Shown in pieces: positions 1 through 9,705 of a DNA stretch of 64,000 nt. The notes under the pieces are model-generated. The model was not told the origin of the DNA and ran no database searches. It was given only the letters and a program-made list of their open reading frames with translations. Position 1 is the first letter of the stretch, and every line of letters begins with the position of its first letter. Source of the DNA: a virus. The position numbers and the translations under genes were made by a program. Location of the stretch: IMG/VR virus record IMGVR_UViG_3300042337_000070, positions 43,943 through 107,942 of that record, one strand, 5' to 3'.

Positions 1-205
1 CTCTGATGCTATTTAGTAGATAATGGTATTGCATGGTACCAGGTAGATTAGGAAACCTATTCATTTCATTAGCTTGCAAAATGCAATCATAGTGAAACGA
101 GATTGCCCGGTTCACTATGAAAGCATTATACTGTTTGTCCTCCTCCAGCACAGGAGTTTTGTGCTGGAGGATGCTTGGTATTATATCTTTAAAAAGATCA
201 ACCAT
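1..205 (-). CDS. 62: Clamp loader small subunit (T4 gp62-like), runs off window end
   Basis: Not in ORF track. Manual translation from ATG 205: MVDLFKDIIPSILQHK...YNAFIVNRAISFHYDCILQANEMNRFPNL...QYHYLLNSIR, typical gp62 motifs; follows gp44. Confidence 0.85.
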   Translation of the reverse strand, partial: MVDLFKDIIPSILQHKTPVLEEDKQYNAFIVNRAISFHYDCILQANEMNRFPNLPGTMQYHYLLNSIR

Positions 206-1739
206 TCACTACCTCTTTAGGATTAGGACGGGCACTTTGCATACGATTCTTTCCCGTCTCAATAACTTCATAGTTGCCCTTAATACGATGTCCGCCACGG
301 GCAACAGGGACGATTTCATTCACTTCATACTTGTGTGACTCTGAAAGTGGAACACCAGCTTCAACAAGAGCCTCATCCCTTGACACACCTGAGCGGCTAC
401 CAACTTTAGCAATGATAGCGGCATTCTCTAGATTCGTCAAGTCTTCCTTGAGGTCTGCAAGGATATAACGAACACGTGCCCAATCAGTGAATGTATAACG
501 TGAACCACCTTCACCTGTTACAGACTCCTTAGAAGAATGCTTCTGGTCACCGTTATGCTTATTGAATGACCATTCATGAGCAGACTTCTTTTGCTTCTTA
601 GAAGAGGGAGAAGTGAAGAAAGAGTAGGTACCCGTAGCATTCAGGCGAGCATGTTCTTTATCAAGGAACCACTTTGCAAATGCACTAGCATTCTTGATAG
701 TATATTGACCATCAATACCAATAGGCTTACTCCAGTTATTACCCTTCTGTAGCAAGAAGGAGATAGTATAGAACATGTTGTATAGGGAAGAACGACTAAA
801 CTTTTTTAGCTTGCTCTCGCCGTAGGCAACGCAACCATCTGCCATAATACGAAGAATCTTTGCGGTTAGTTCCTTATCTTTAGAAGAGATAACGATATTC
901 ATCTGAGGATCAGGATACGAACCCATGAACGCATTAAGATCACGTTCATTATATCCTTCGTAGGTGTTGCAGTTGATATAGCGAAGCATTTCGGCAACGA
1001 ACAGAGTATCACCCTTATGATCCAAACTATACTCTCCGGACATCTGCTTAACTTTTGATAGAGTCCAACGAAGGTTCATATCATCACGGCAAAGATCGAT
1101 GATCCATCGATTGATTGGATTGTAATTGAGAATACGGCGCTCATGATTGGTCATAGGCATCATGTCATTAGACGTAATGAACACCTGTGCCAACTCACGA
1201 AGATCACCAGTCCGATAGGTTGTAACAACCACAGGAATATCACGAAGATATTCCTGTGCCTCTTCTGGCATCTTAGAGAAAAGACCCTTAACGTAAATGC
1301 TACCGGACTCTTCTGGGTTCTTTAGTTCGATAAGGGAGAGAGGCTTGAAGTTAATACGGTCTTCAAAGTACCGAGCAATCGTATCAATACGATGCTGACC
1401 GTCAAGGACAAGATACTTAAAACCCTGATTTGAAATGTTCTCAAAGTATTCGAGATTGTCCTTGATAAACTCGTAGTTTGGTTCGTTACGAGTCAAACGA
1501 CTGCGGAGACTTTCAATGATAGGATCAATTTCTGCAATCTGAAATAGATCCTTACATGATCCGCCATTGAAAAGAAACGTCAAATAGGACGCCTTCTTCC
1601 AATCAATCCATTCAATTAGAAGTCGCTGAAGCTTTTCCCGATCATAGAAAAACTCCTTATTGTGGTGCATTGCATAGATTTCACCAACGGTGAAAGCACG
1701 AACATTAGACTCAATCTGTTGGGATACATTCTGTAGCAC
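198..1739 (-). CDS. DGQHR/DUF262 (ParB/Srx, GmrSD-like) protein with degenerate C-terminal HNH-like motif
   Basis: VLDGQHR motif; later F-x-x-x-N (VFITSN); C-terminus YEVNEIVPVARGG..GN....N. Likely GTG start at 1739 after GAGGA. Confidence 0.6.
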   Translation of the reverse strand: MLQNVSQQIESNVRAFTVGEIYAMHHNKEFFYDREKLQRLLIEWIDWKKASYLTFLFNGGSCKDLFQIAEIDPIIESLRSRLTRNEPNYEFIKDNLEYFENISNQGFKYLVLDGQHRIDTIARYFEDRINFKPLSLIELKNPEESGSIYVKGLFSKMPEEAQEYLRDIPVVVTTYRTGDLRELAQVFITSNDMMPMTNHERRILNYNPINRWIIDLCRDDMNLRWTLSKVKQMSGEYSLDHKGDTLFVAEMLRYINCNTYEGYNERDLNAFMGSYPDPQMNIVISSKDKELTAKILRIMADGCVAYGESKLKKFSRSSLYNMFYTISFLLQKGNNWSKPIGIDGQYTIKNASAFAKWFLDKEHARLNATGTYSFFTSPSSKKQKKSAHEWSFNKHNGDQKHSSKESVTGEGGSRYTFTDWARVRYILADLKEDLTNLENAAIIAKVGSRSGVSRDEALVEAGVPLSESHKYEVNEIVPVARGGHRIKGNYEVIETGKNRMQSARPNPKEVVNG

Positions 1740-1768
1740 GGTATTTCTTCCTCTTCGGTTACAAGAAA

Positions 1769-1813
1769 TGGGAAGGAAGCACTTCACTTCCTTCCCACTG
1801 TCGAAATCGACAG
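1769..1813 (-). promoter_or_regulatory. Two leader hairpins (possible attenuator) upstream of DUF262 gene
   Basis: IRs 1769-1779/1787-1797 (11 bp) and 1798-1804/1807-1813 (7 bp), between promoter and start codon. Confidence 0.45.
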
Positions 1814-1820
1814 TATGTAT

Positions 1821-1849
1821 ATACTACTATATTGACTTAGGAATGTCAA
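1821..1849 (-). promoter_or_regulatory. sigma70-type promoter for DUF262 gene
   Basis: TTGACA-17-TAGTAT on minus strand. Confidence 0.65.
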
Positions 1850-1852
1850 GCA

Positions 1853-2791
1853 TTATTTCACTTCACATTCGATCATAATCTCAGTGAGGCAAGCAACAAG
1901 ATTCAATTCTTGATCGGCAACAAATGCCGACTGATACTGATACTTTGCCAGTGTAACAACCGCAACAGGGATTGTCTCTGGTTTCAGATACTCATACAGG
2001 TTATCATAAACAGAACGATAGATGCGAGTAGGATCGATGTCAGAATTTAACACAACCCATTTACGCATGGCAGTGAAGTCTTTATCTTTGATAGACTTGA
2101 TTAGTTCATTGAGGCTGCGAACGCTATCAAGTTGAGAAACAAGACCAGAATCAATGCCTCCAGAAACAGAATACCGTTGTAACTCATTAAGAGTTCTGCG
2201 ATAATCCGGAAAATACTTTTCAACGACCTTTGCGAGGACTTGCTTGTCATATTCCACACCCTCTTTTGAAACGATCTGTTCCAGACGCTTGAACATTCTG
2301 CCAGCCATTTGAGGCTTCTCGTTGTTCTTGAGCGTAAAGTCCACAACAGAACAACGAGAATGAATAGCGTCTTTGATCTTCGCTTTGAAATTACAAGTGA
2401 AGATGAATGAACAGTTAGAAGAAAACTTTTCGATAACACCTCTTAAGGCATCTTGAGTGTCAGGTGTTAGACCGTCGGCCTCGTCTAGAATGATAACCTT
2501 ACGTCCGCCAGTCAGAGATACAGTTGACGCATATCCAACGACCTTCGTTCTTAGAACATCGATACCACGTTCCTCAGATGAATTGATAAAGAGGTAGTTA
2601 CAACCAATCTCGTCACACATGGCCATGGCTGCGGTCGTCTTACCGCAGCCAGCAGGACCTGACAATAGAAGATTTGGAATCTCACCATTGTTCACATACT
2701 CTTGAAACGCTTTCTTTATCCGATCGGGGAGAATACAGTCCTCAATCTTATGAGGTCTGTAGCGTTCGACCCAGAGGAAGTCTTCACTCAT
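1853..2791 (-). CDS. 44: Clamp loader large subunit gp44
   Basis: LWVERYRP, GPAGCGKT, IILDEAD, IHSRC, PDYRR; next to gp45. Confidence 0.97.
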   Translation of the reverse strand: MSEDFLWVERYRPHKIEDCILPDRIKKAFQEYVNNGEIPNLLLSGPAGCGKTTAAMAMCDEIGCNYLFINSSEERGIDVLRTKVVGYASTVSLTGGRKVIILDEADGLTPDTQDALRGVIEKFSSNCSFIFTCNFKAKIKDAIHSRCSVVDFTLKNNEKPQMAGRMFKRLEQIVSKEGVEYDKQVLAKVVEKYFPDYRRTLNELQRYSVSGGIDSGLVSQLDSVRSLNELIKSIKDKDFTAMRKWVVLNSDIDPTRIYRSVYDNLYEYLKPETIPVAVVTLAKYQYQSAFVADQELNLVACLTEIMIECEVK

Positions 2792-2948
2792 TGTCATCCT
2801 TTCCATAACGAATTGCATTCATATACATTATAACAGACACTAGCAGGAAAAACAACCAGTGCATAATGTCGTCATGGTCTAATGACCAGAAAACGAGAGC
2901 AGCCATAAGATTGGCTGCCCCTACAATTTCAAATGCTAGTTCAATCAT
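2784..2948 (-). CDS. Small 2-TM membrane protein (54 aa)
   Basis: Manual ORF MIELAFEIVGAANLMAALVFW...; overlaps both neighbours. Confidence 0.55.
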   Translation of the reverse strand: MIELAFEIVGAANLMAALVFWSLDHDDIMHWLFFLLVSVIMYMNAIRYGKDDNE

Positions 2949-3241
2949 GGTGCGGTCTTTCTTAGAACCTCATCATAGAAAGTTTCAAACTGATTGTTCT
3001 CTTCGACCTCATCATTGTAGTTTGCCTTGAAGTAAACCTTAGCGAGACGACGAATCATTCGCTTATCCACACCCAACTTATCGAATGTCTCACCGATAAT
3101 CTCTTTCTGTAAATCTCGCTCTGCACCAACACGAGTCATGGAGTCATTTAGTTCCATGATTGCCTTACGAAGAACCTTTTTATCTTCTGGTGATAGAGCC
3201 TCGACAGAAGTGGTTGCGCTATTGTGACCGATCATACCCAT
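2945..3241 (-). CDS. dsbA: dsDNA-binding protein (T4 DsbA-like)
   Basis: Helical 98 aa, MTRVGAERDLQKEII...LGVDKRMIRRLAKVYFKANY pattern. Confidence 0.7.
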   Translation of the reverse strand: MGMIGHNSATTSVEALSPEDKKVLRKAIMELNDSMTRVGAERDLQKEIIGETFDKLGVDKRMIRRLAKVYFKANYNDEVEENNQFETFYDEVLRKTAP

Positions 3242-3242
3242 T

Positions 3243-3512
3243 TCACTTTACTCCATCTTTTAGTTGAATGATTGCAGAAGGATTGATGCAAAGAAATCCA
3301 TCACCATGTCCTTTCACATAGTCGAAAGGTTCGACAGCATATCCACCAGCATCAATGCACGATTCTTTGAATGCTTTACGATGGGCCATCCATTCGTTTG
3401 AATCTGTGATAGCCCAGTAAAGAAACACTATCACAAAAAGTATAGTGCTGACAATGTAAGCGGCAAATGAGACTTCCGCCCACAGAATGTTTCCCTCATA
3501 ATCTCTAAACAT
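3243..3512 (-). CDS. Hypothetical single-TM protein
   Basis: Hydrophobic N-terminal helix, C..AGG...C pair; TGATG coupling to gp45. Confidence 0.6.
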   Translation of the reverse strand: MFRDYEGNILWAEVSFAAYIVSTILFVIVFLYWAITDSNEWMAHRKAFKESCIDAGGYAVEPFDYVKGHGDGFLCINPSAIIQLKDGVK

Positions 3513-4165
3513 CACTTCGACTCCAAAGCGATCCAATACTTTAGATTACCTGATGTGTTTTCAAACTTGGCAAATGCACCCGCCTGAACCTCTACGGTAT
3601 AATCATCAGGAAGAAGCTTGAGATTATCAGTCTTAAACGTGGCAGTGAAGTCCTTGCCAGCATAATCACCGATCTTCTGCACACCGTCATTAGACGTATC
3701 ATTAGACTTCTCATGAATCTTAAGAAGCAACTCGCCGTCCTTGCCAATGACAGATAGATTTGGTAGGTTAATCATTGATGCGACCTTGATTAGCTTTGCT
3801 GAGGTTGCATTAGGTAGAGAGAAACTTGTGGTGATATCCTTGAGAACAAGTTCCTTATCTGGAGGGGTGATGATAAGGTTTGGTGAACATGCACGATAAC
3901 TAATGACGAGTTCGCCGTCATTTAGTGTTACGGTCTCGCCATTGAATGAGATTTCTGGGTTCTTTAGAGTCGTCAGAATACCTAGAAACTGATTCAGATC
4001 ATAGATGCCGAACTGAGTTGGAATATCGTCACCCAGAGTTGCTTCGACCAGAATGGACTTTTCAGGAGAAATAGTTCGCTGTATTCTTCCTTTATTGAGG
4101 ACTGCGCCGCTGTTGATAGAGGCAAAATTCTTAAGTACCGATAGAGTTTTTTCACTAAGTTGCAT
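3512..4165 (-). CDS. 45: Sliding clamp gp45
   Basis: MQLSEKTLSVLKNFASIN, FGIYDLNQFL, LLPDDY, YWIALE. Confidence 0.96.
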   Translation of the reverse strand: MQLSEKTLSVLKNFASINSGAVLNKGRIQRTISPEKSILVEATLGDDIPTQFGIYDLNQFLGILTTLKNPEISFNGETVTLNDGELVISYRACSPNLIITPPDKELVLKDITTSFSLPNATSAKLIKVASMINLPNLSVIGKDGELLLKIHEKSNDTSNDGVQKIGDYAGKDFTATFKTDNLKLLPDDYTVEVQAGAFAKFENTSGNLKYWIALESK

Positions 4166-4178
4166 CCTATACTCCTTT

Positions 4179-4769
4179 TCAAGATTGTTTCATTATATGC
4201 GATTTATGTTCGACAGTCAAGAATATTTCGACTGACTTCTTTAGGTCCTCAATTGTTCCTTCGTTATGAATGATGAAGTCAACTGGCTCTTTCCTCCATG
4301 CAGTTTCCGACACATGCATCTTAGAAAGTTCTTCCTCAGTGGGTGAAGGGTCTCGACGCACCCAAACTATCTTACCGCCGACACTCCGGATAAACTCGAT
4401 CTCATTCGGGAATCTACAATCAGAGATAACAACATCTTCATATCCCATCATGCGTTTCTCTAATGCAGCAATCCAGATGTTATCTGCGATGCCATGGCGA
4501 CATGCCTCTGTTCCCATACGCTGTAGAATAAGACGAGGGGTTACCTCGTATCCCATCTTATTTGACCACCAAGGATCAACCTTCTCACGAAAGGTCCTTG
4601 AGGCATTCGAGTCACCTTCTAGAAGACCCCGAGGCCACATAAAGATTGTGGCAACGGCATCTTTCAAAGCATCGGCAAATGCAAACTTGTGATACTGATG
4701 TTCCCTTACGAGAACATCAGCCACGGTGCTTTTGCCGGACCCAATGTATCCGACAATCCCAATAATCAT
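4179..4769 (-). CDS. 1: Deoxynucleoside monophosphate kinase (gp1-like)
   Basis: IIGIVGYIGSGKST, FADALK, PRLILQRMGTE, SDCRFPNE, HVSET; ATGA overlap at 4766-4769. Confidence 0.9.
   Translation of the reverse strand: MIIGIVGYIGSGKSTVADVLVREHQYHKFAFADALKDAVATIFMWPRGLLEGDSNASRTFREKVDPWWSNKMGYEVTPRLILQRMGTEACRHGIADNIWIAALEKRMMGYEDVVISDCRFPNEIEFIRSVGGKIVWVRRDPSPTEEELSKMHVSETAWRKEPVDFIIHNEGTIEDLKKSVEIFLTVEHKSHIMKQS
4192..4220 (-). promoter_or_regulatory. sigma70-type promoter for gp45 operon (inside dNMP kinase 3' end)
   Basis: TTGACT-17-TATAAT. Confidence 0.65.
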
Positions 4770-5596
4770 CTTAAGTTTCCTGACAAACTTGCAACTGCGG
4801 GGAGGTCTCCTTGGAACCCGTAGGTTCCAACGTGAGTGGTTTTCATCCAAGGACACAACCAAACCTTAAGTCCAATTGCTCGTGCATTCTGACAGAACAT
4901 ATAATCTTCTGACAGATAACGATGTGACTGTGGGTCGATCACGGTATCAAAGTAAGCATGAATGTATCGTGAACCATCAAAGTTTGCCTGACCAACATGG
5001 TCTGGCTTATAATGAAGGTGTGGAAACTCTTCGGCATACTTATCAAACACTTCACGCTTGACCATCATGAAACCTGTGCCGATTTCCATAACCTCTACAG
5101 GTTCGCTGATCTTGAATGATGTTGTGCCTGGGACTGGGTTGAATACAAAGTCACCTGTTACTCCATCTAGTTCACCAGGATTAAAACCTTCCTTCAACTT
5201 GATACCTTCATTTGTCTTGATGGAGTTACGAGTAACTGCGTTACAGATGTTGCTCCAGTTAATAGACTTCTTTGGATATGGTCCACCAGCAATGTCAAGA
5301 TCAAGAGCTAGGAGAGCAAGGATGTCCTGAGGGTTGTATTGAATGTCTGAGTCAATGAATAGAAGATGTGTGCATCCCGAACGAAGAAACTCATCAACAA
5401 GGTAGTTTCTAGCACGGGTGATTAGAGATTCATTAAAGATAAATGAGAAGCGGCATTCGATACCATACTGAATACAGGTTGCCTGTAGATCGAGGCAAGC
5501 CTTTGCATAAAGGCCGAAGCACTGTCCACCGTAACATGGTGTAGCGACAAAGATTTTCTTTTGTCTCAATTCATCACTTGAAATTTTTATTTCCAT
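4766..5596 (-). CDS. GT-A fold glycosyltransferase-like protein
   Basis: IFVATPCY, ESLITRARN, LFIDSDI (DxD), GTGFMM, SEDYMFC, H.G motifs. Confidence 0.75.
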   Translation of the reverse strand: MEIKISSDELRQKKIFVATPCYGGQCFGLYAKACLDLQATCIQYGIECRFSFIFNESLITRARNYLVDEFLRSGCTHLLFIDSDIQYNPQDILALLALDLDIAGGPYPKKSINWSNICNAVTRNSIKTNEGIKLKEGFNPGELDGVTGDFVFNPVPGTTSFKISEPVEVMEIGTGFMMVKREVFDKYAEEFPHLHYKPDHVGQANFDGSRYIHAYFDTVIDPQSHRYLSEDYMFCQNARAIGLKVWLCPWMKTTHVGTYGFQGDLPAVASLSGNLR

Positions 5597-5666
5597 ATTG
5601 TTCTCCATAAGCGAATAGCGCAGGGACAAAAGTCCCCACGCTATTATATAGTAAAGTTTTTAGAAA

Positions 5667-5894
5667 TTATCCGTCAGCAAGGCGATAGAATGCGGTGCGC
5701 TTACCCTTTACATTGCGATAATTAGTGTAGATCGTATAACCCCACTCACGAAGGTCGTAAACTCGCTTTGCAACATTATCACGAGGAACACGGGCCATCG
5801 AAGCAATCTTGTCGGCGGTAACGCCGGCGCCAGTGTTATAACGGGCGAGAACAGTTTCAATCTTCTCAATCTGAGACTTGCGAGGTGTAGCCAT
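5667..5894 (-). CDS. Small winged-helix DNA/RNA-binding protein (75 aa)
   Basis: VTADKIA...NVAKRVYDLREWGYTI...FYRL; GGAGA RBS before ATG 5894. Confidence 0.7.
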   Translation of the reverse strand: MATPRKSQIEKIETVLARYNTGAGVTADKIASMARVPRDNVAKRVYDLREWGYTIYTNYRNVKGKRTAFYRLADG

Positions 5895-5919
5895 TATATA
5901 ATTCTCCATTCGTGTTTTA

Positions 5920-5987
5920 TTGATGCTGCTGGTCGTGAAAGGAAAGGCCCGTGTATAACCAGCAGCATCAAAGTTATTATACACGGG
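5920..5987 (-). ncRNA. Candidate pseudoknot/switch RNA with anti-RBS loop
   Basis: Interleaved perfect IRs: 5977-5987/5948-5958 (11 bp) and 5958-5971/5920-5933 (14 bp); loop CCUUUCCUUUCACG. Confidence 0.6.
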
Positions 5988-6015
5988 TATTCATTTAGAC
6001 TTTGGACCAATCGAT

Positions 6016-6059
6016 TAGAGGAAAGATTGGATACCCAAACTTATCGAGTATCCAATCTT
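6016..6059 (-). terminator. Hairpin after cobS-like gene (terminator-like)
   Basis: 12-bp IR 6023-6034/6048-6059 followed by pyrimidine tail on minus strand. Confidence 0.5.
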
Positions 6060-6093
6060 CACCGTTGATCCTTTTGACTGTATAATCTTTATT

Positions 6094-7353
6094 TCAGAAA
6101 GCGATCTCTTCTCCAACAACCTTCTGCTCTTCGGTAGCAGGAGCGACAGTCGGATCGATTGTTTCGTCAACCTTCTTATACAGTTCCATAAAAGCGTTCT
6201 TAGTATCGATATCAAAGCGATTCAGACACAGCTCAATCGACTTGGCACGATTCTGATTGAAAATGGCATATGCCTCGCAGATATGAACCAGACGACGAGT
6301 GGAGATGATTTCGGACAAAGCACCTTCATAAAAGGACTTGCGAATAACATCAGCCCAGGTCACCAGCTTATCAACAAAGTCACCAGCATCAATACCAGAA
6401 GCACCGAGAACATTCTTTAGAATCTTAGTCTCGGTCTTGACCGGCGGATACTCCTGCTCCATTGTAATAGAGAAACGCTCCAGAAAGGCTTCGTTCATAA
6501 CATTGGTGCCGATGAAGCGACCGTCGTCAGAACCCTTACCCTTAGTGTTAGCGGTCGCAATGACATTGAAACCAGACTCAGGAGTAACCAGTCGATTGAT
6601 CTTTTTGAGAAACACCGACTTGCCCTCAAGGACAGGCTGCAAACACATCAGCTTGTTAGAACCGAGGTCAACCTCGTCAAGCAGAAGAATTGCACCACGC
6701 TGCATAGCGATAATAACAGGACCGTCCTGCCAGACAGTATGACCATCAACAAGGCGGAAACCACCGATCAAATCGTCTTCGTCAGTCTCAATAGTAACAT
6801 TGACACGAACACACTCACGCTTTTCCGCAGCGCAAACCTGTTCAATCATCATCGTCTTACCGTTACCAGAAAGACCAGTGATATAAGCCGGATAAAACTT
6901 CTTGGACTTGATAATAGCACGAACGTCGGCAAAGTTACCGAACGGAACGTAGCCAGAAGCCTTAGAAGGAACCAGCGACACTTCACTTGAAGTAGAAGTG
7001 GAAGGAGCAGACATAGCAACGGTCGGAGCCATAGCCACTACGCTATCGACAACAGGAATATCCGACTGAATATTCGCAGGAGCGACCTTATTGGTAGCAG
7101 TCTTCTTAGGAGCCTTGACCTTAGTGACAGCGGGTGCCATAGCAACATTAACGGCAGCACCATGCTCGGGAATAGCATACAGACCACGACCCACACGGCG
7201 GGAAGCGTCGTTCAAGAACCAGTGAGGCCAGGACAAATTATATTTTTCGACAACACTCTTGATTTGGGCACGGGACACTTCACGGACAGCACCAAATTCA
7301 AAACGCACCTTGTCAAGGAACTCGGTGCGGTTAACGGAAGAAGACTTAGCCAT
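6094..7353 (-). CDS. cobS: CobS-like/MoxR AAA+ ATPase with N-terminal extension
   Basis: GLSGNGKT, LLLDEVD, ATANTKGKG, NEAFLERF, ISTRRL; typical of T4-like phage CobS. Confidence 0.88.
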   Translation of the reverse strand: MAKSSSVNRTEFLDKVRFEFGAVREVSRAQIKSVVEKYNLSWPHWFLNDASRRVGRGLYAIPEHGAAVNVAMAPAVTKVKAPKKTATNKVAPANIQSDIPVVDSVVAMAPTVAMSAPSTSTSSEVSLVPSKASGYVPFGNFADVRAIIKSKKFYPAYITGLSGNGKTMMIEQVCAAEKRECVRVNVTIETDEDDLIGGFRLVDGHTVWQDGPVIIAMQRGAILLLDEVDLGSNKLMCLQPVLEGKSVFLKKINRLVTPESGFNVIATANTKGKGSDDGRFIGTNVMNEAFLERFSITMEQEYPPVKTETKILKNVLGASGIDAGDFVDKLVTWADVIRKSFYEGALSEIISTRRLVHICEAYAIFNQNRAKSIELCLNRFDIDTKNAFMELYKKVDETIDPTVAPATEEQKVVGEEIAF

Positions 7354-7389
7354 ACGATGTTTTCCTTTCACGATTTCAAATTATGACAT

Positions 7390-7427
7390 ATTATAGCAGA
7401 GGAAACGGGGGTTGTCAAGACCCCCGT
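7390..7427 (-). promoter_or_regulatory. Perfect sigma70 promoter whose -35 sits in the loop of a terminator-like hairpin
   Basis: TTGACA (7413-7418)-17-TATAAT (7390-7395); IR acgggggt 7405-7412 / acccccgt 7420-7427. Confidence 0.75.
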
Positions 7428-7442
7428 AACCTATTGTTTTTT

Positions 7443-9674
7443 CTACGCTACCTTCTTTGCTTTCCCAGTGACGTGGTCAATGAAATTGCGAAGAAGGACA
7501 CGGTTGACAGCCTTTCTAGCGGCGAACTTGGAGAACGCTTTGGCCATATGCTTGGTAGACTTGTTGGTATCGATTTCCAGATTATTATCTTCGAATCTAA
7601 GAGCCCTAGAATCGATCACATAATAATCATCGTATCCTTCACTCTTGACAGGATAGAACTTGTTCTCCTTCCAGAACTTGGAGACCTTCTGGAGATAATC
7701 ATAGTTGCCTTCAACACCAAAACGACGGGTGAAAGTTCCCCAAGATTCAGCGAAAAGAAAGAAACCGATTAGATTACAGTTCGTCTTCTCCTTGAGCAAA
7801 CGAAGATACTGGACAGTGTTGGTAGCACGATTAGACGGACCCCAACCACGAGGATCGATCTCATAAGTTTTACCAGTCTCCTTGTCATTGTAATAAAACT
7901 GCTTTTTACGAAGCGAATTTTTCGTCGTATCATGCACAAGACCAGAACAAACATTCGACTCACCGTCAGTGAGAATAATGGTATTGACAACCTCCAGCTT
8001 ATACTTTGCACGGAAATCATTGATGATCTTAGGTGCAACATAAATTGCCTCATTCAAAGGCGTGCCAGAGAGACCTTCACAGTTGAGACGATGACCATTA
8101 CCCATAGCCCAGAGAAAAGCCATAGCGTCATTCAATTCAGTAAGATTCATCTTAGATGAAAGGAACTGACGCATAGTGAGATAACCAAATGCCATGCTAT
8201 TTTCGACACTGCTGTGATCCCACGGAGACTTAGGATCATAATCATCGTCGGAATCCTTGAACGCATACACTTCAAACGGCACTTGAATCTGCTTGCAGAA
8301 GAGAACCAGAGTAAAGAGCTGCGACATGGTGTGTCGAAGATTATAGTCCATTGATCCTGACCAATCAAGAAACATGACAAAGCCATGGTTCTTACCCTCA
8401 GGGATAACAGACAGACGACGGAAGATATCATCGCTGTGCTTATAAGCATGGAGTTTGTTGGTATCGATCATACCAGTCTTAGCAGTTTGAATGCGAGAAT
8501 AAATCTCGGCACTCTTACGCTGCTCAAACTCCTTGACGAGGAAAGAGATAGTCTCCTTTTCTTTCTGACGCCATTCGGTAAACTCACGACGGGCGTTTTC
8601 GAAAACCTCAACAGTCAGGCTGCGACTATAACGAGGATTAACATTCGTTATTTCTTTACGCCAGTCATTCAGGACTCTTTTATAATCATGGACATGCTTG
8701 GCATAATTGAACTGAGGCATATTGACATAAACATAATCAACATTGGCATTCTGCACCAGTTCTTCACGCTTTTCTTCCCAAGCACGATCGGTCTGTGACT
8801 CGGGAACATTGTCCGTTACCTTACCCTGGGCACCAGCGCCAGAGCCAGACGAATTACCATTTGAACCAAGATCACCCTGACCACGGGTTACACCACCCTC
8901 CGAATCGTCGTCGTTACCCTCGCCTTCACCCTCATCGGAGTCGGACTTGGAACCTTCATTAGAATCGAAATCATCGGCAGAGTCGCCATCGCTATCCCAA
9001 TCAAAACCATCATCACCTTCACCCTCCTCAGAATCACCGACACCAATATCGATATGCATATCATTTTCAATCTGAGACTTGCAGAAACGATAAATCTGTT
9101 CGACAACATCGACAGTTTCATCGAACTTTTCAAGATTCTCAACCTTTTTGAGAAAGGACCGCTCTTCGGGAGTAAACTCAATAGATAGATTGACATTACC
9201 GCCCTTGAAATAGATATTCAAGCGGTCGATGAAATTCATCGAATTGATATCACGACCCTTCGTGCCGAAAAAGTCACGTTCAATCAATTCCTGATAACCA
9301 AGAAGATAGTTTTTACGAAGACCAGGATAACGGCGCTTCTGGCGCTTATCGATACGGGCATCTTCGATAACATTCAAAAAGCCAGCGACGGTTCGCATAA
9401 GACGAGAATCAACATCGTCACCAAAGATACGCTTCGCAATACCCTGATAAGCAGTCTTATACTCTTCGGCAGAAGGAGTATCGATAGCATGACCAGTCTC
9501 ATGACCGATAAGCAAATGCTCCAGATCAGTAGAGATGTTCTGCCATACGGGAAGCATGAGAACACGATTCTTTAGGTCGAACATAGCGGTCTTGATACCA
9601 GACTGGTGCTGAACCGTAATGTTTTCAGTAGCAAGCAGTTTAGCAAGCAGAGAATTAGAGTTTACCGTTTGCAT
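7443..9674 (-). CDS. CobT-like protein: N-terminal HExxH metallopeptidase-like domain, acidic linker, VWA domain
   Basis: HETGH, NVIEDARI, D/E/G-rich linker, MIDAS DWSGSM...GTPL...LTDGE; adjacent to CobS-like ATPase. Confidence 0.85.
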   Translation of the reverse strand: MQTVNSNSLLAKLLATENITVQHQSGIKTAMFDLKNRVLMLPVWQNISTDLEHLLIGHETGHAIDTPSAEEYKTAYQGIAKRIFGDDVDSRLMRTVAGFLNVIEDARIDKRQKRRYPGLRKNYLLGYQELIERDFFGTKGRDINSMNFIDRLNIYFKGGNVNLSIEFTPEERSFLKKVENLEKFDETVDVVEQIYRFCKSQIENDMHIDIGVGDSEEGEGDDGFDWDSDGDSADDFDSNEGSKSDSDEGEGEGNDDDSEGGVTRGQGDLGSNGNSSGSGAGAQGKVTDNVPESQTDRAWEEKREELVQNANVDYVYVNMPQFNYAKHVHDYKRVLNDWRKEITNVNPRYSRSLTVEVFENARREFTEWRQKEKETISFLVKEFEQRKSAEIYSRIQTAKTGMIDTNKLHAYKHSDDIFRRLSVIPEGKNHGFVMFLDWSGSMDYNLRHTMSQLFTLVLFCKQIQVPFEVYAFKDSDDDYDPKSPWDHSSVENSMAFGYLTMRQFLSSKMNLTELNDAMAFLWAMGNGHRLNCEGLSGTPLNEAIYVAPKIINDFRAKYKLEVVNTIILTDGESNVCSGLVHDTTKNSLRKKQFYYNDKETGKTYEIDPRGWGPSNRATNTVQYLRLLKEKTNCNLIGFFLFAESWGTFTRRFGVEGNYDYLQKVSKFWKENKFYPVKSEGYDDYYVIDSRALRFEDNNLEIDTNKSTKHMAKAFSKFAARKAVNRVLLRNFIDHVTGKAKKVA

Positions 9675-9705
9675 ATGTTTACCTTTGTTTCACGAGTATG
9701 TAAAG

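Noticed and set aside
87-171. Two strong hairpins that looked like an ncRNA
   Set aside because: They lie within the gp62 coding sequence missed by the ORF track; no independent evidence of function
5895-5984. N-terminal extension of the wHTH ORF, and a 15-codon plus-strand ORF at 5951-5998
   Set aside because: A good RBS precedes ATG 5894 and the region is better explained as structured non-coding sequence; the tiny ORF has no evident promoter
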